Below are positions 52,297-64,000 of a DNA stretch of 64,000 nt, piece by piece. Location: assembly GCA_024704765.1 (NCBI GenBank), contig JAKMXF010000222.1:744001-808000 (forward strand). Direction: 5' to 3'. Source of the DNA: Oopsacas minuta (Eukaryota > Animalia > Porifera). The translations under genes were made by a program, and so were the position numbers. A model generated the notes under the pieces. The model searched no databases. It was not told where the DNA came from and worked only from the letters and a program-made list of their open reading frames with translations. How positions within the stretch are numbered: the first letter of the stretch is position 1; every line of letters begins with the position of its first letter.

Positions 52297-53630
52297 CAAA
52301 GGGTATTCATTTAATTCGTAACTCTTAGAATATTTGTATTATATAAGTGAGATAAGCCTCAAATACTACTATATATGTTCAAAGTAGTCTCCCTTGTGCT
52401 CAACTACAAGCTTTAAACGCTCTATCCACTAGAAAAATGTTTTCTTATACTCTTCTTGTGGTATGTCTCTGAGGTACCGTTGCGTGGCCCTTCCAATTTG
52501 CATCCGTTCTCCAAAAACTGTACCTGCTAGGTGCTTTTTGAGCCCATCGAACAGCCAAAAGTAGCACGGTGCTAGGTCAAGGCTATAGGGTAGATATTCC
52601 AATTCCTCAAGACCTATAGAAGCAATCTTTTTCTTGACTTCCTTAGATTTGTGCGGTCTGGCATCATCATGCAAAATTTTGATTCCTCTAAGACCCGTGG
52701 CTGGCCGACTTTCAATATAATGTTTTTCGATTTCCGGAAGAACAACTGTTGCATAAAAGTGTCCGGTAACTATTTGCCCCTTAGGAGTACAGATTTGGCA
52801 GCTGGACCATGTGCATCGAAAAATATGGTGTACATTACTTTGGTGGCCCAATGATCCGGTCTTGATAGTGCTGGGGGAGAACTCCCTTTTACAATCCATA
52901 CCTTGTTCTGTTCTTTTGCGAGTTGGCTCTGAATATCTTATCCACGTCTCATCACCGGTACATATTTCAAATAGTCGCCTCTCATCACATTGGTTATACT
53001 TTCAAGCAGTTTTTTTTGCAATCCTGACCCAGGTCTTCTTTTGTGTCTGATTCAACAAATGTGGGACCCAACGTGGGCAAACCTTGGACATACAAAGATG
53101 CTTGGTCAGAATTGCATGAACACTTCCCGTTGACAAGGTTAGGCTGGTAGCTAACTGCTCTATCGTAATATGGGGATCAGATTTACACATTTCAGCTACA
53201 AGAGCAATATTGTTTGCAGTGGTAGCAATTATAGGTTGCCTTAACCGAGGGTCATCTTCAACCGACACGCTACCTTCACGAAAACGTAGACTCCACTTCT
53301 TAACGATTGATTCCGAACAGGCCTCCCCACTATATTCCTGTACTAAATCTTGGTGGATATTCCTTGGCGTATCGCCGAGTAATGAGCGGATTTTGATGTA
53401 TGCTCTTTGTTCAAGTAGAATTCATTAGATTTTGAAGCCAAAAATTCCTCTGTGGTTGCTATAAACTATGTTCAAAAGGGTGTATCTCAAAAATATTAGA
53501 TCAATCTCCACGAAGTATAGTGTCCAAAATAGACGAAAATCTAAGCTATAAATTAGATGCAAATAGTGAATACATGTGGTTAAACAATAATAGCAATAGC
53601 TAGGGTTACGAACTAATTGAAATCCCTTTG
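52297..53630 (-). mobile_element. mariner element (DD34D type), full length, inactivated
   Basis: TA-flanked imperfect TIRs CAAAGGG..TTCA.TT..TTCGTAAC; WVPHLL, TGDET, HDDARPH...YSLDLAPCY, with the third catalytic D replaced by Y. Confidence 0.95.
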
Positions 53631-54839
53631 TATATCTATATTATAATACTCATAGGGTCCATCAAATCGGAGAATAATGGACACCTCGAAGCGCAATGCG
53701 CCGAGTTCATTGCGAAGCAACGAGCCTTTGGCTCATAGATATGTATATTCATATGTTATTGGAATTTATTAATATAGGAGTATTAGCACAATTTCCTCAT
53801 TCTTACCTACCCACTAGTATTATTTCCCGCGTTTTCGGAAGTATATATAGTGATTGCTAATTGTTATTATTATATGCCTTGAGCTGTTTGCGCATTGACA
53901 AAAGCTCTGCAGGGTTTCTAACAACCAAACACCAACACCGGAGTAGGGACTACCTATAGCTACATGGGTGGAGGTCGTTGGTTGCTCATTCGTGCTTTTT
54001 GATAGACTTTCAGGATTATTTGCTCGATTTGTTTCGGTGCCAACTTCATCTCATTCTTTGTGTCTAGTCTTGCCGGCTCTCAACTTTTGAAGCTTGTAGG
54101 TATGAGTCGCGAGGGGGGTCGTGATGGTTCGGTTTGGGGCTCGGTTACTATTGAGGGACCATACCTATATTTCTGTATTAGCTCTATGGGTTCGAAAACA
54201 AACGAGGGGTGCTCGAGCCCCCCTGCCCCACTAAAACCGGACGTAGTGATTTAGTGATCCACGCCCCTAAAACACTAGCGATATGGCGATGGGGGAGGGA
54301 TGAAGTTTCTTACGTTATGGGGCCAGCCAGCACGCATAAACGCTAACGTTTTAGGTACGCTAGCGTTTTAGGGATCCTTGGTTCTGTGTGGAATACTAGC
54401 GATGCAGGAAATTTATACCTTGAGACAACATCTTAGGGAAGTGATAACCTTTTCGCTTATACAGTAAAAATATTAACCAACACTATGGCCTTTGAGGACA
54501 TAAGGAATTGTGAATATTTTAGGCTTTCCTCGAAGTTGTTAATATTGAATATTTTTATTCAGATATTATCCAAAATGTGTACAAGTGTTCTAATATTATT
54601 TTCTTCGAGTCAATTTAAATACTTTGCATTCTCTCGGATGACGTCAAATTAATCAAGTTCGAGTTATGAAGAGATATCCTCAAAGAGCAGGGTAATTTCT
54701 CAGACTCAGCACAATTTTCAGTTTCAGAGGTTATCTCCTATCTTTCATTACCTCCTGTACCTCCTCTGGATACTACCTTGCCTTCATGTCCTCCTCAATC
54801 TGAATCTACATCCCAGACAACAGTTAGTCTAACTTCTCC

Positions 54840-56600
54840 AGGATTTCCCAAGCATACAGCTCGCTTAGATTGTATCCTGCAACTTATCAAGAACAAGATT
54901 GTCATCGAGTTGATAAATGCATGGGACGACCTCGAAAGCGTCGCTTCTATGGAAATATGTATACAACCTGTACACCATCTCTTACAGATGTGCAAGGCCT
55001 GACAATACCGCTTTTCCCGAAACCGCCTAAAGAAAGAATCGCAAATACCTAAGGTACTCACCCGCGGAGGCTACAATGCCAAATTTCGTATTCCACCCAC
55101 GATACGTTCCAAACCTGTGTTACTACTTTCAGGTTCAGGAGAAATAGAGAGAAATGCACACAGACCAACTGGCATGGGAATTCTTGATCCTGGCATCCTA
55201 GTAGAGGTATTCTCTACCTTTCATTGCAGGGAATGTGTTGGGAGCCTTTCCCTTTACGAAGAAAATGGATTCATGGTTGGCAGACCTTTTACAGTTTCAA
55301 ATGTGATAGATGTCATAAAGAACATGCTACCTTCCCTTTTTCACGCTCCCTCGATATATCTAGCCACCATACCTGTGTCAACGTGCCCTTTATACCCAGT
55401 GATATTAATGAAGTTACGATGAGGTCAGTTATGGCTGTACACTCTATTGGTGTATCGTAGAGTAATTTTCACAAACTATTTACAATATTTGATATGCACC
55501 CACCAGTTCAGAGCATGCCATCTCCATATAAACCCGTCTGGAAGCTGATACAATAGTTGAAGTAGGGACTGCCATATCTGATGGCGCTAAACAGCTATGC
55601 CAAAGATCAGACTGTGAAGTATCACCTGATTCTAACACTACCAACGTAACCATCAGCTTCGATAGCTCCTGGAAGACCAAATTACTCTACTGTCATCTAT
55701 CAACACCGTGGTTTGGTATCTATCAAGCTGTGTCTTCTCTACATATACTAGTTGATATGTGACAGGGGATCATTCTGGCTGTCCTACTGGAGACAAATCA
55801 TGGTATCGGTGGAGAAACCCATCAGGTTACTCAGCACCTAATGCTCTGACAACCTTCAAACCAATTGACTTAGAAAGATGAAAGAATATTCAATACTTTG
55901 CGACAGAAGAAGTCTGTAGCCATCTGACATTAGGAATGGCTCAAAATGCTAATGAATCCTTACACAACTCTATGAGGAGTCTCTGTCCCTAAAGCAAGTA
56001 CTTATCACCTCAATCTATTAAGATTTGCACTGCTATCGCTGTCCAAACCTTTAATGAAGTTGAATTTCACTATTCGGAATCCTGACTGACCTTGGCCTGT
56101 TTCCCTCTTGGCAGACTTATAGTGCAATTCTTAAACGAGAATACTGGTCAGATTATTCTCGATGAGCTCAGAACAAGTCGAATTATGAAAGACGAAGAAG
56201 AGCGAGACTATTCAACCAATAAAGAGAGAATGCCCTGTTGAAAACAGGAGGCAGTTGGGGTTGAAAATTACCCAAAGAAGAAGTCTGTCAGGGCTTGAGG
56301 ACGGTTCGGTATAACAGGCAGAGGAGCTACTGGAGTGATGAGAAGTGCGAGGGAGCGTGGCGTTTCTCTTGTTTCCACACGGTCTTCTAGCCCAACCAGC
56401 AGCTCTGACAAGTCGGATACCCTGAGCAGTTTATGCCACAAGAAAGATCCAGAACCTGTGACAAAGAGGAAACTTTGAAAGAATCAATGCGTTGGGTATA
56501 ATGTGACAACTGCTCTGAATGGGTTCATTGCTATTGTTCTGACGTAGACATTCAGACCGTGTCCAAAACATCTTTTACTGTAATACGTGTTCTTGAAAGG
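54840..56600 (+). pseudogene. Internally deleted PF20700-type (Mutator-like/Kolobok-related) transposase remnant with a C-terminal PHD finger
   Basis: MGRPRKRRFYGN; CREC...KCDRC; RSVMAVHSIG; TISFDSSWK; HSGCPTGDKSW; QNANESLHNSMRSLCP; terminal SLCHKKDP...WV*CDNCSEWVHCYC. Termini not found. Confidence 0.7.
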
Positions 56601-56629
56601 TATTATCATTAACTTTTAAATCTACCCAC

Positions 56630-56818
56630 TAGTGATCGACAAACTGAATATTTCCGAATATCGGTATTCAACAGAAATCGAATAGCTGTTCCGAACGTTG
56701 TTTGAGGCTAAATTATTTCTTAAATATTAGCGGTTTAGGTGTATCGAATCTTATTCTAATTATTCGGTTGGTAGGATATCCGGCCATAATATTCAGTGGA
56801 AAACTATTTCGATCACTA
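56630..56818. mobile_element. hAT-like MITE
   Basis: TIRs TAGTGATCGA/TCGATCACTA; 8-mer CTACCCAC on both sides, the right copy offset by a (CTA)2 expansion. Confidence 0.6.
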
Positions 56819-57031
56819 CTACTACTACCCACGCTTAACGGTATCCCTTGCATTATTTACTGATTACCAGATGATAACTAGATCTCACTACGAGTATATG
56901 TCAAATATGGTGTCTTAATATCTAAAGGTGTGAACAGAAGATACATAAGATTACGAGTAATACCAGAAGTTTAACGGAAAGGAAATGTTCGCAGGCCACA
57001 TAGAGCAAGCGCGCATCTTCAATCATTCAAT

Positions 57032-60000
57032 CATAGGCTCCTTAAATAGAAGGACTAGTATCTACTATGCTCGGGGGCCTGGAACTTGGGTCCCATCATA
57101 TCTTGGGTTGTACACATGCTAAAACCTTCATCTTGGTGTCTAACATGGGTTTTGAAGAAAAGGAATTAATTTTTTATACTTTTGACCATCTAAAAGGTCA
57201 CCTGAAGGTCATTTCAAGGTTAAAACACTCAAAATAGCAGGAATTTATCTAAAATTTTGTGTATTCTTCTAATCAAATGCAGGGTAACGAGACAAACACA
57301 GTCAAAATAGTATACATTGTGATTATATAAGTCAAAATGACAGTTTAAATGCTAAAATTAGCACGAATGAATAAGGTCAGTATACAAAGCAAACAAAAGG
57401 CAAAAATTGCATGTATACACGGATATCACTGTGAACAGGGATATTACTGCAACTTAATTTTGAGATGAGAGTTTTTCCTTCCTTCTCAAACAGCCAAGTT
57501 GTCTTTCTTTATCACTATTATCAAGCACAAAGGACTTCAAAAGTATGTTTGACAAAGTAACACATGCTCCTTGAATAATAGACATTGCACTGTCAATACG
57601 AGATAAGGCTTGGCTGAGGTGAGCTCGACAGCAGTGTAAATTGCAATTAACAAATAGTTTGTAAGCTGAATGAACGAAATGAACAGTTGAGATTAGGGGT
57701 ACAGTTAGTCCACCCTTGTTTAAATTAGTGAGAAACTCCGAATCAGTTAGATTGTCATCATCATCTTCAGCTTCGGCCGTTGAAATATTAGTTCGGAATT
57801 TTCGTTCCAAATATCCAGCGATAAATATTACTTTATGTTTGATTGTGTCATTACTTTGAACAAGATCTTCAGTCTCTACAATAGTGATATCAAATTGATC
57901 TTCTTCTATGTGAATGCTACAAGTGCAAGGTACGTCACTATGAGGCTGTGGGGTCGAATTGTATTTCAAAATTGCGCGAAGATTCTTGGTTTCTGCAGCT
58001 GCCTTGATGTCAACGACCTCTATATAGAAATTTCCTGCACTGCGTTGTCTGGCTTGGCCAAAAAACTTCTCTAGAGCTTCATCCGCGAACACTCCAGGCA
58101 ATACATAACTGAAGTTGTGGTGTGTCAACAATAACTCTGCTGCTTGGACATTTGCTCTTGTAGACAGTACAAACGCATATGCAGTCTGCTTTGTGAGTTT
58201 CTGTGTCCGACCTGGTCCACCTGGCCATGCACAAGACGATATGACATCACAAGTTTCATCGAGTTTTTTGAAACTTGTGCAATTCTTGGTCCACGGTTGA
58301 CGACACTCATCACGCGTATTTATACCAGAAAACCTGTCTATAACATTCATCAAATGGAACCAGTCAGTGATGAGTTTAACAAAAACAATGGTCCCTTCAC
58401 TAATACTGAGCATATATTTTAAAGTTAAAAGAGCAGCAACAGTTTTGTCATTGAATATCTGACAAACCAAAGGCACACTTTGTCTTTGCAAAGGTTTGGG
58501 ATACACAGCTGTGTATATAATCTTGGTCAAACGGATGCAGTTCTTCCTGTCTTCAATGTAAAGTGCTTCTATGTCTTTCCAACGTGCTATGTGTGATTTA
58601 CCATCTTTTGTGAATGCGAGTTCCTTATGAGGCACAGTTATCCAGTGCTTCCTAATGTTTTTGAATAAATGGACATAGTCATAAACGAGAAAAGTGTGAG
58701 AGTTTAAGATGTCTATAAACACTCTACCAGCTCCACCTGATTTAGCATAGACTGAGACATTTGTATTGCAATTGTCACATATACAAGAAATTGTAGTGCC
58801 ACCAGCATTGCTAACTGCTGCGAGAGCTTCGAGTAATATACCCTTGAGTTGATCTGAATTGAGTTTCGCGACAGGATGAATACGTAGGATATATTTAGGG
58901 CCACCAAAATGGCATACAACCTCGATCACTAAAGCATGTGTTGCGAGAACTTCAGCGTCACCAGATCTATTTTGAGCATAACCAACAACATGACCACCAG
59001 AGTACCTAAGAGTTTCTGTTAGCTTCACCTCATCAAATAAAATGTCTACAAGACGCTGCTGGGGTTGAAGCTCTTGAAGAAGTTGCCTCTAGTTTTCATC
59101 ATGTAGACTATTAGAAAGAAGTTCTTCAACAGTTCTACTCGAGTAATGGAATAGCACCGGATTTTCGTAGCATTCTATACGCAGCTGGTGAAATGTTATG
59201 AAGTTCAGCAGCAAGAACATAAAGATTTCTATCAAAACGACGGGCTTTTGGTGCAGTAAGTAACAACCCGAGCTGAGCATACAAAAATTGATAATGGGGA
59301 AGTTCAGAGCAACACATACGACTCAATTCCTCAAGGGCACTTTTCACGTAGTCTGTGTCTTTGAATTCGTACTCTGGAATACTCGTTAAAATGCTATTGA
59401 ATTGTGACCATTTGCTGATGAGGCTATTCTTCTGTAGGAAACCAGCTTTGGAAAAATACGATTTAGGTATTTCCTTTCCATTTTTCTGAACACATTTAAG
59501 GAATAAAAATCCAAATGGTGATTTAACATGTTGTAAATGTAGAAACTGGACAACTGAACGTCCTTGTGCGTCAGTTTTGGACATGTAAACATCATCACCA
59601 TCATGAATAATAAGATGATTTTTGGAGAGAGGCTGTTGGATGACTGTACAAAAAGAATCAAAGTCACCAAGTTGATCAAGAGCGTTATTTCTAAAGTCTT
59701 CATTTCTGGCACGTACTTCTGCCGAAGAACTTGTACTCCTAGGGGTTGAAGAGACTTGCTTTAAACAGGACTTTGGGACACCAGGAAAAATGGATGGAAG
59801 TTGACTAGGTCGTTTATTGCCTTTAACTGTGACCCATTCACAGTCAAAATGATGGTAACAAGCATATATTTGTTTAAGTTGTAACAGACTGGAGCGTTCA
59901 TTTGGCATAGCATCAATCCAACGATCTCGCTCATCTTCATCACTTGGAAATTGTACTACTTTTGTGTATGGTTCACACCTGTAATTTCCACGACATCCAA

Positions 60001-60315
60001 ATACGTTACACTTCTTAGGCATTATAAAATAAATACCAACACCACCTTTAAAATGCAGTTGTAAATTGGATGATTCCCAGCACCAGAAATGCTAGTAAAG
60101 CTACAATACAAACCTGAAAAAAACATAATACAGCAGCATGAACTACGGACAGCGTCAGATGACGCCAGGTGACGCCAGGAGCGGCGATAAAGCAAAAGCT
60201 TTCCATGACCTGCCATGTTTATTACGCAATGACGTCGTTGCGTCATGATACAGTGGACCCAAGTTCCGTAATCCGAGATTGCCAGATACTAGTCCTTCTA
60301 TGTAAGGAGTCTATG
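57032..60315 (-). mobile_element. P-element-superfamily transposon with intact ends
   Basis: 32-bp TIRs CATAG(G/A)CTCCTTA(A/C)ATAGAAGGACTAGTATCT (57032-57063, 60284-60315) and a perfect 8-bp TSD CATTCAAT (57024-57031, 60316-60323). Confidence 0.97.
57454..60022 (-). pseudogene. THAP-domain P-element transposase with two lesions
   Basis: THAP (CNVFGC..W..YACYHHF..P); catalytic motifs LFDEVKL, CDNC, YDYVHLFKNIR and ADEALEKFFG..RQR; C-terminal FIAGY and KGGLTVP. A frameshift near 59140 and an in-frame TAG at 59089-59091 split it into ORFs of 295 and 524 aa. Confidence 0.93.
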
Positions 60316-60859
60316 CATTCAATGATAAATTTGCAAAGGGGCCGAAAACACCTAGAAAAAGCCTTCCGCAGGAGCTAGCAGAAGCGTGCATGAAGGGCGA
60401 TTTTCGGCTAGTTATGGTTAAATACATGACGAATTATTTATTATTTATCAGTTCGAGTCAAGAGACCATCCAAACTTTAATTACTCCAAATATGTTTGGA
60501 GAATGATAAAGATCGACGATTACGATGCCAGTAGATTGATCTCGAATATGTTCGGCCCAGCCTGTTAAAACATCGTTAGACTAAGCTAGCAAATATAATA
60601 TTGCAGTAACTATATGTTGGTTAGTGTAAAATGTACAATGGTCGATGAAGAAGAATTTAAAATCTGATTTTCTGGAGGCTATGTTAGAGTAACTCTAACA
60701 TAGCTTGCCGCGTAGACATACTCTCACCTCTTCGTGGTTACCCGGATCAACTAGATAATGTTATTAAGCAGTGTTGACTGTCAGGGCCATGCGAGCATAA
60801 TTCTACCATACCAGGTCAAACCTAATTTGAGTAAACATCAGGGCTCTGTCACTGGCACA

Positions 60860-61030
60860 ACTGGCCCGACTCCCATAACTAGTCCGGCTCGGACCTTTAT
60901 GGATGCCGCAACTCGTCCGAGACTAGATGTGGCATCCATAACTTGTCCGACCTGGACTAGGCTACTACAGCGGGCCGGGCCAGCTATGACAAGGGCGTAC
61001 CAGTTATAGTCGGCTATAACTGGTCCCAGA
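60860..61030. repeat. GC-rich cluster of short palindromic units
   Basis: Repeated (A)ACT(A/C/T)GTCCG...G(G)ACTAG units and the hairpin ACCAGTTATAG-TCGG-CTATAACTGGT (60999-61024). Confidence 0.6.
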
Positions 61031-63317
61031 CAGTTAAAGCTTGACCATGAGTTGCGACAATTCTATGACTCATTAAGAAATATTGAGTAAAATATTATTC
61101 TATTATTAATGCATAGATATTTTGAAAAATGATCTAATATATAATTCAAAACAGTATATTTAATAGAACAAACAAGTGATATGAATCTACGTATATTCTT
61201 ATCAATTTAATTACATGCGAATATATATATGTACGTATAGCTACCAACTATCTAGATATAGATGTAGCCACAATTTTCAGTGCCCAGGCTGTGACCTGGT
61301 CATATGACCAGGTCACCTCGTCAAACCTGCTCTGGAATATTCTACCAAGGTTTGACCTGGGCAGATTGCATTACTGGCGCGGCCCTGACTGTACATAATA
61401 TTGAATCGCTAATTTTGTCATAAATGTTTTAGAAGTTGTAAGGAATATATCATAAATTTACAGTAAACCCATACCTTCTAAGTCACGATTTCAAAAGGGA
61501 GGAAAATGATTCAGTTTCAGTATCTAGTAGAGTTTATGAACGAAAACAGATCAAGCGTAAAAATTGTTAAGAAAGTATTGCGAGAATATATGTGGGAGTT
61601 GAATTGTGGAACATATGTACATTTAGCGTGAAGCATCATTAATCATGAAATACAACCATATATAGTGAATATATATTTTGTCTGACCAAAAAATTTGGAA
61701 TCAAAATCCGATACATGTGGTTAATTAATAAGTTGTTGATTTGCCATTTGGACCATGGATTATATTCATAATACATATTTTGCTGTTGATTGATAGAAAA
61801 TGTCCAATAAAGTAATAGTAAAATTGGCTCTGTATAATATTCATTAAATTGGAAAGCAACACCTAGAGGCAAACAAAGCTACTCATTCCTAAAAGTATGA
61901 TTTCTGGAAGAGTTTTTTATATATCTACATTCCCAGTCCTTAACCCTCGAATACAACAACGCTACCAAAGTGATGAAAATTTGCAACAATCCTGAAATAA
62001 TTTGGTTTAGCTTTTGTGCAGGAAATAGATGTGATCCCTGGGATGAAGAACTAGTCGATTCACTAAGTGATGAGCTAGTAGATTGATGTGAGCGATTTTC
62101 AAAACTACTTTGCAAGGACGTGGGTTGGCATAAACAGTCTGTAATATATTCATTCCGCATTTAGGATATCCCCCATGACATGTCACATAATTTTCTTCAA
62201 TAAATGTATCTATATATTTCTTTTTCATATTCTACTAACACATTATCTGTTGGCTAATTAATTAATTAGATAGTTCACTATAATCATTATTCAAATTAGC
62301 TAATTTATTTGCAAACGGTTTGCATGTAAGCGAACTGAAATACCAACATAAATTAAAGATTCCTTGGACAAATTGTTTACATTCAAACGAACCGAAGCAC
62401 TAATAACATGATAGTCCTACTGCAAAAGCTCAAATCGTACGTAAAACATCTGGACAACTTTCAGGCACAAACCTGAAATATATCATTTAGGATATATTGG
62501 TAGTCAAATGCAATAAAATCGCTTTGTGCGTACTTGTGAGTGTCTAATCCCAGGGCCGTCGGAAGTGGGGTGGCTAGTGCGGTCTTGGCCGCACTACTTT
62601 TGTATGAAATAACATTAGTTTTATGAGCCATGAGTCTGCATAACCCCAGACTCATGGCTCATAGCGCCCAACTTTCCCATGGGCTTCCTACGACCCTGCC
62701 TAAGACATTCAATTTTTACTTGTATCATCTAAATTTAAATTTTAAAACAATAGTTCACGCCACGAAACGCCACAAGTTTCAGCATCAATTACTTGCAGAT
62801 GGCGAAAAAATCTTTTATATTGTCATCAAGTTTATATGGTTGCATAACTAACAATAATCGAGTCAATTGCCGTTTAACCCCTACGTAATCCAACAAGATG
62901 TTTTAATGCATTTTTGTCATCTACTAGCTTTATTGACCGACAGGAAGAAGTCCCCCAGGAGTTGAATATTTCGGGGCTTAAAACTAGGTGCCCAAAAAGA
63001 ATCATCCGTGTTCGAAATGTAGCCTGCTAATTCAATCGCTTTCAGATTAACTTTTAATTGATATATTCGTCTTCAGCATCAAATTTCCAGCAGTTTGTTT
63101 TACATATTGACCACATTAAAAGGATTTAATTTTCCCAGCTACGTGAATATTCTTCAGGAATGTGTCAACATTCCCTTCTCAAAATCTGCACGAAACCTCA
63201 TTGAGTGACCCTTTGTTCAACGCCGCTGGGCTGAGTTTAGTTATGCACATGTCAACTCTCTAAATTATCTTTACAGACAGTTATATTAGAATTTCTAACT
63301 AAGCGAATCCTTCTTAC

Positions 63318-63473
63318 ATTGCATTGGTCACACGTAACGAGTAGGGCATCAGAATCTTTCGACCAAAGATAGTACGTTCCGGATCTAGATCCTCTTGGAG
63401 GATCGTCGATCCATTTGAAAAAGTAGGAACGTGATTGGGATCGGGAGCATAATTTCCTCATAAGATCCCCAGC
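63318..63473 (-). CDS. Candidate internal exon of a second gene (PH-domain-like N-terminal strands)
   Basis: Acceptor TATTTTGAAG and donor AAT|GTAAGA; 156 nt, phase 0/0. AGDLMRKLCSRSQSRSYFFKW..D...YYLWSK resembles the G-x-x-M-x-K...R-x-F...L-W pattern of PLC-type PH domains. Confidence 0.35.
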
Positions 63474-63825
63474 CTTCAAAATATAGACAAGTAATAGTGT
63501 TATATTCCCAATTATGACTGAGTAATGAGCTTAAATTGTTATTCGTGACTCTCAGGTAACTATACTTATATTAAATAAAGATTCACAATCCAAAAGGAAG
63601 ATTAGAATACGCACGAAACCAGTTTTTCGTACTTATCAGTTTTAACTTCATGGATTTCTCAGATGGTATATAACTAGTGAGCTGCGCTTGCTAGGTCGCT
63701 GCGCGACAGCTTAGTGCTTAAGTATTGGAAAGGATAAATTACATTTTGCTTTTGGTCGTTACGAGATGGAATATATTTGGCACTAAGTGCCTCGAATTCA
63801 CAAAATAGTTAATATTTTAAGATTA

Positions 63826-64000
63826 TATTATCCATGGTCCATCCAAATTACATTCAATGGCTTTCTGTGGTGACACTGGAGATGCTAGGCCGCTTTTGAT
63901 TAGTAATCTTGGCACTTCTTGCCACGGGTATTAAGAAATTTTGACATTTCCAAATTTGGATAATTTGGATTATTTTGTACTGTCATGATGACGTACTAAT
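63826..64000 (+). repeat. Dispersed repeat homologous to 29170-29350, running off the window end
   Basis: CATGGTCCATCCAAATTACATTCAATGG...TTTTGTACTGTCATGATGACGT. Confidence 0.7.

Noticed and set aside
8095-59943. Numerous 60-110 aa ORFs antisense or out of frame to transposases (e.g. 8095-8313, 46407-46715, 49286-49692, 57835-58422)
   Set aside because: Shadow ORFs of TE coding sequence with no independent motifs; TTG/GTG starts are not meaningful here.
61879-62228. Ser-rich and overlapping minus-strand ORFs as a gene
   Set aside because: Low complexity, no recognisable domain and no consistent splice phases established.

Overview
AT-rich (about two-thirds A+T by eye) eukaryotic, almost certainly animal, genomic DNA. 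It is not prokaryotic: there are no rRNA, tRNA or CRISPR features, and most listed ORFs are chance ORFs or antisense shadows. The one clearly recognisable host gene is a p190 RhoGAP (ARHGAP35/ARHGAP5 family) on the minus strand. I reconstructed five coding exons with phase-consistent GT-AG junctions: 43983-43796, 32344-32104, 23120-22667, 19652-19468 and 11088-10857 (1300 nt, about 433 aa, N-terminal GTPase plus FF domains). The rest of the gene was not found in the window. Introns and flanks are packed with DNA transposons. These are four DD34D mariners, three DD37D (maT) elements, a Tc1, an end-intact P element (32-bp TIRs, 8-bp TSD), two further THAP/P remnants, a Chapaev-like derivative, hAT, MULE and PF20700-type remnants, many MITEs and several long-armed fold-back elements. 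The top candidate for something new is a decayed RAG1-like/Transib transposase (minus, about 5960-6960) with a relic Cx2Cx3GHx4C tail. It lies tail-to-tail with a decayed kelch-repeat sequence resembling RAG2L (plus, about 3200-4650), which is the ProtoRAG-type layout. The RAG1-like call is well supported. The RAG2-like call rests on degenerate motifs compared from memory and needs a profile search. The host taxon cannot be fixed from the sequence alone. All alignments and identities were judged by eye.
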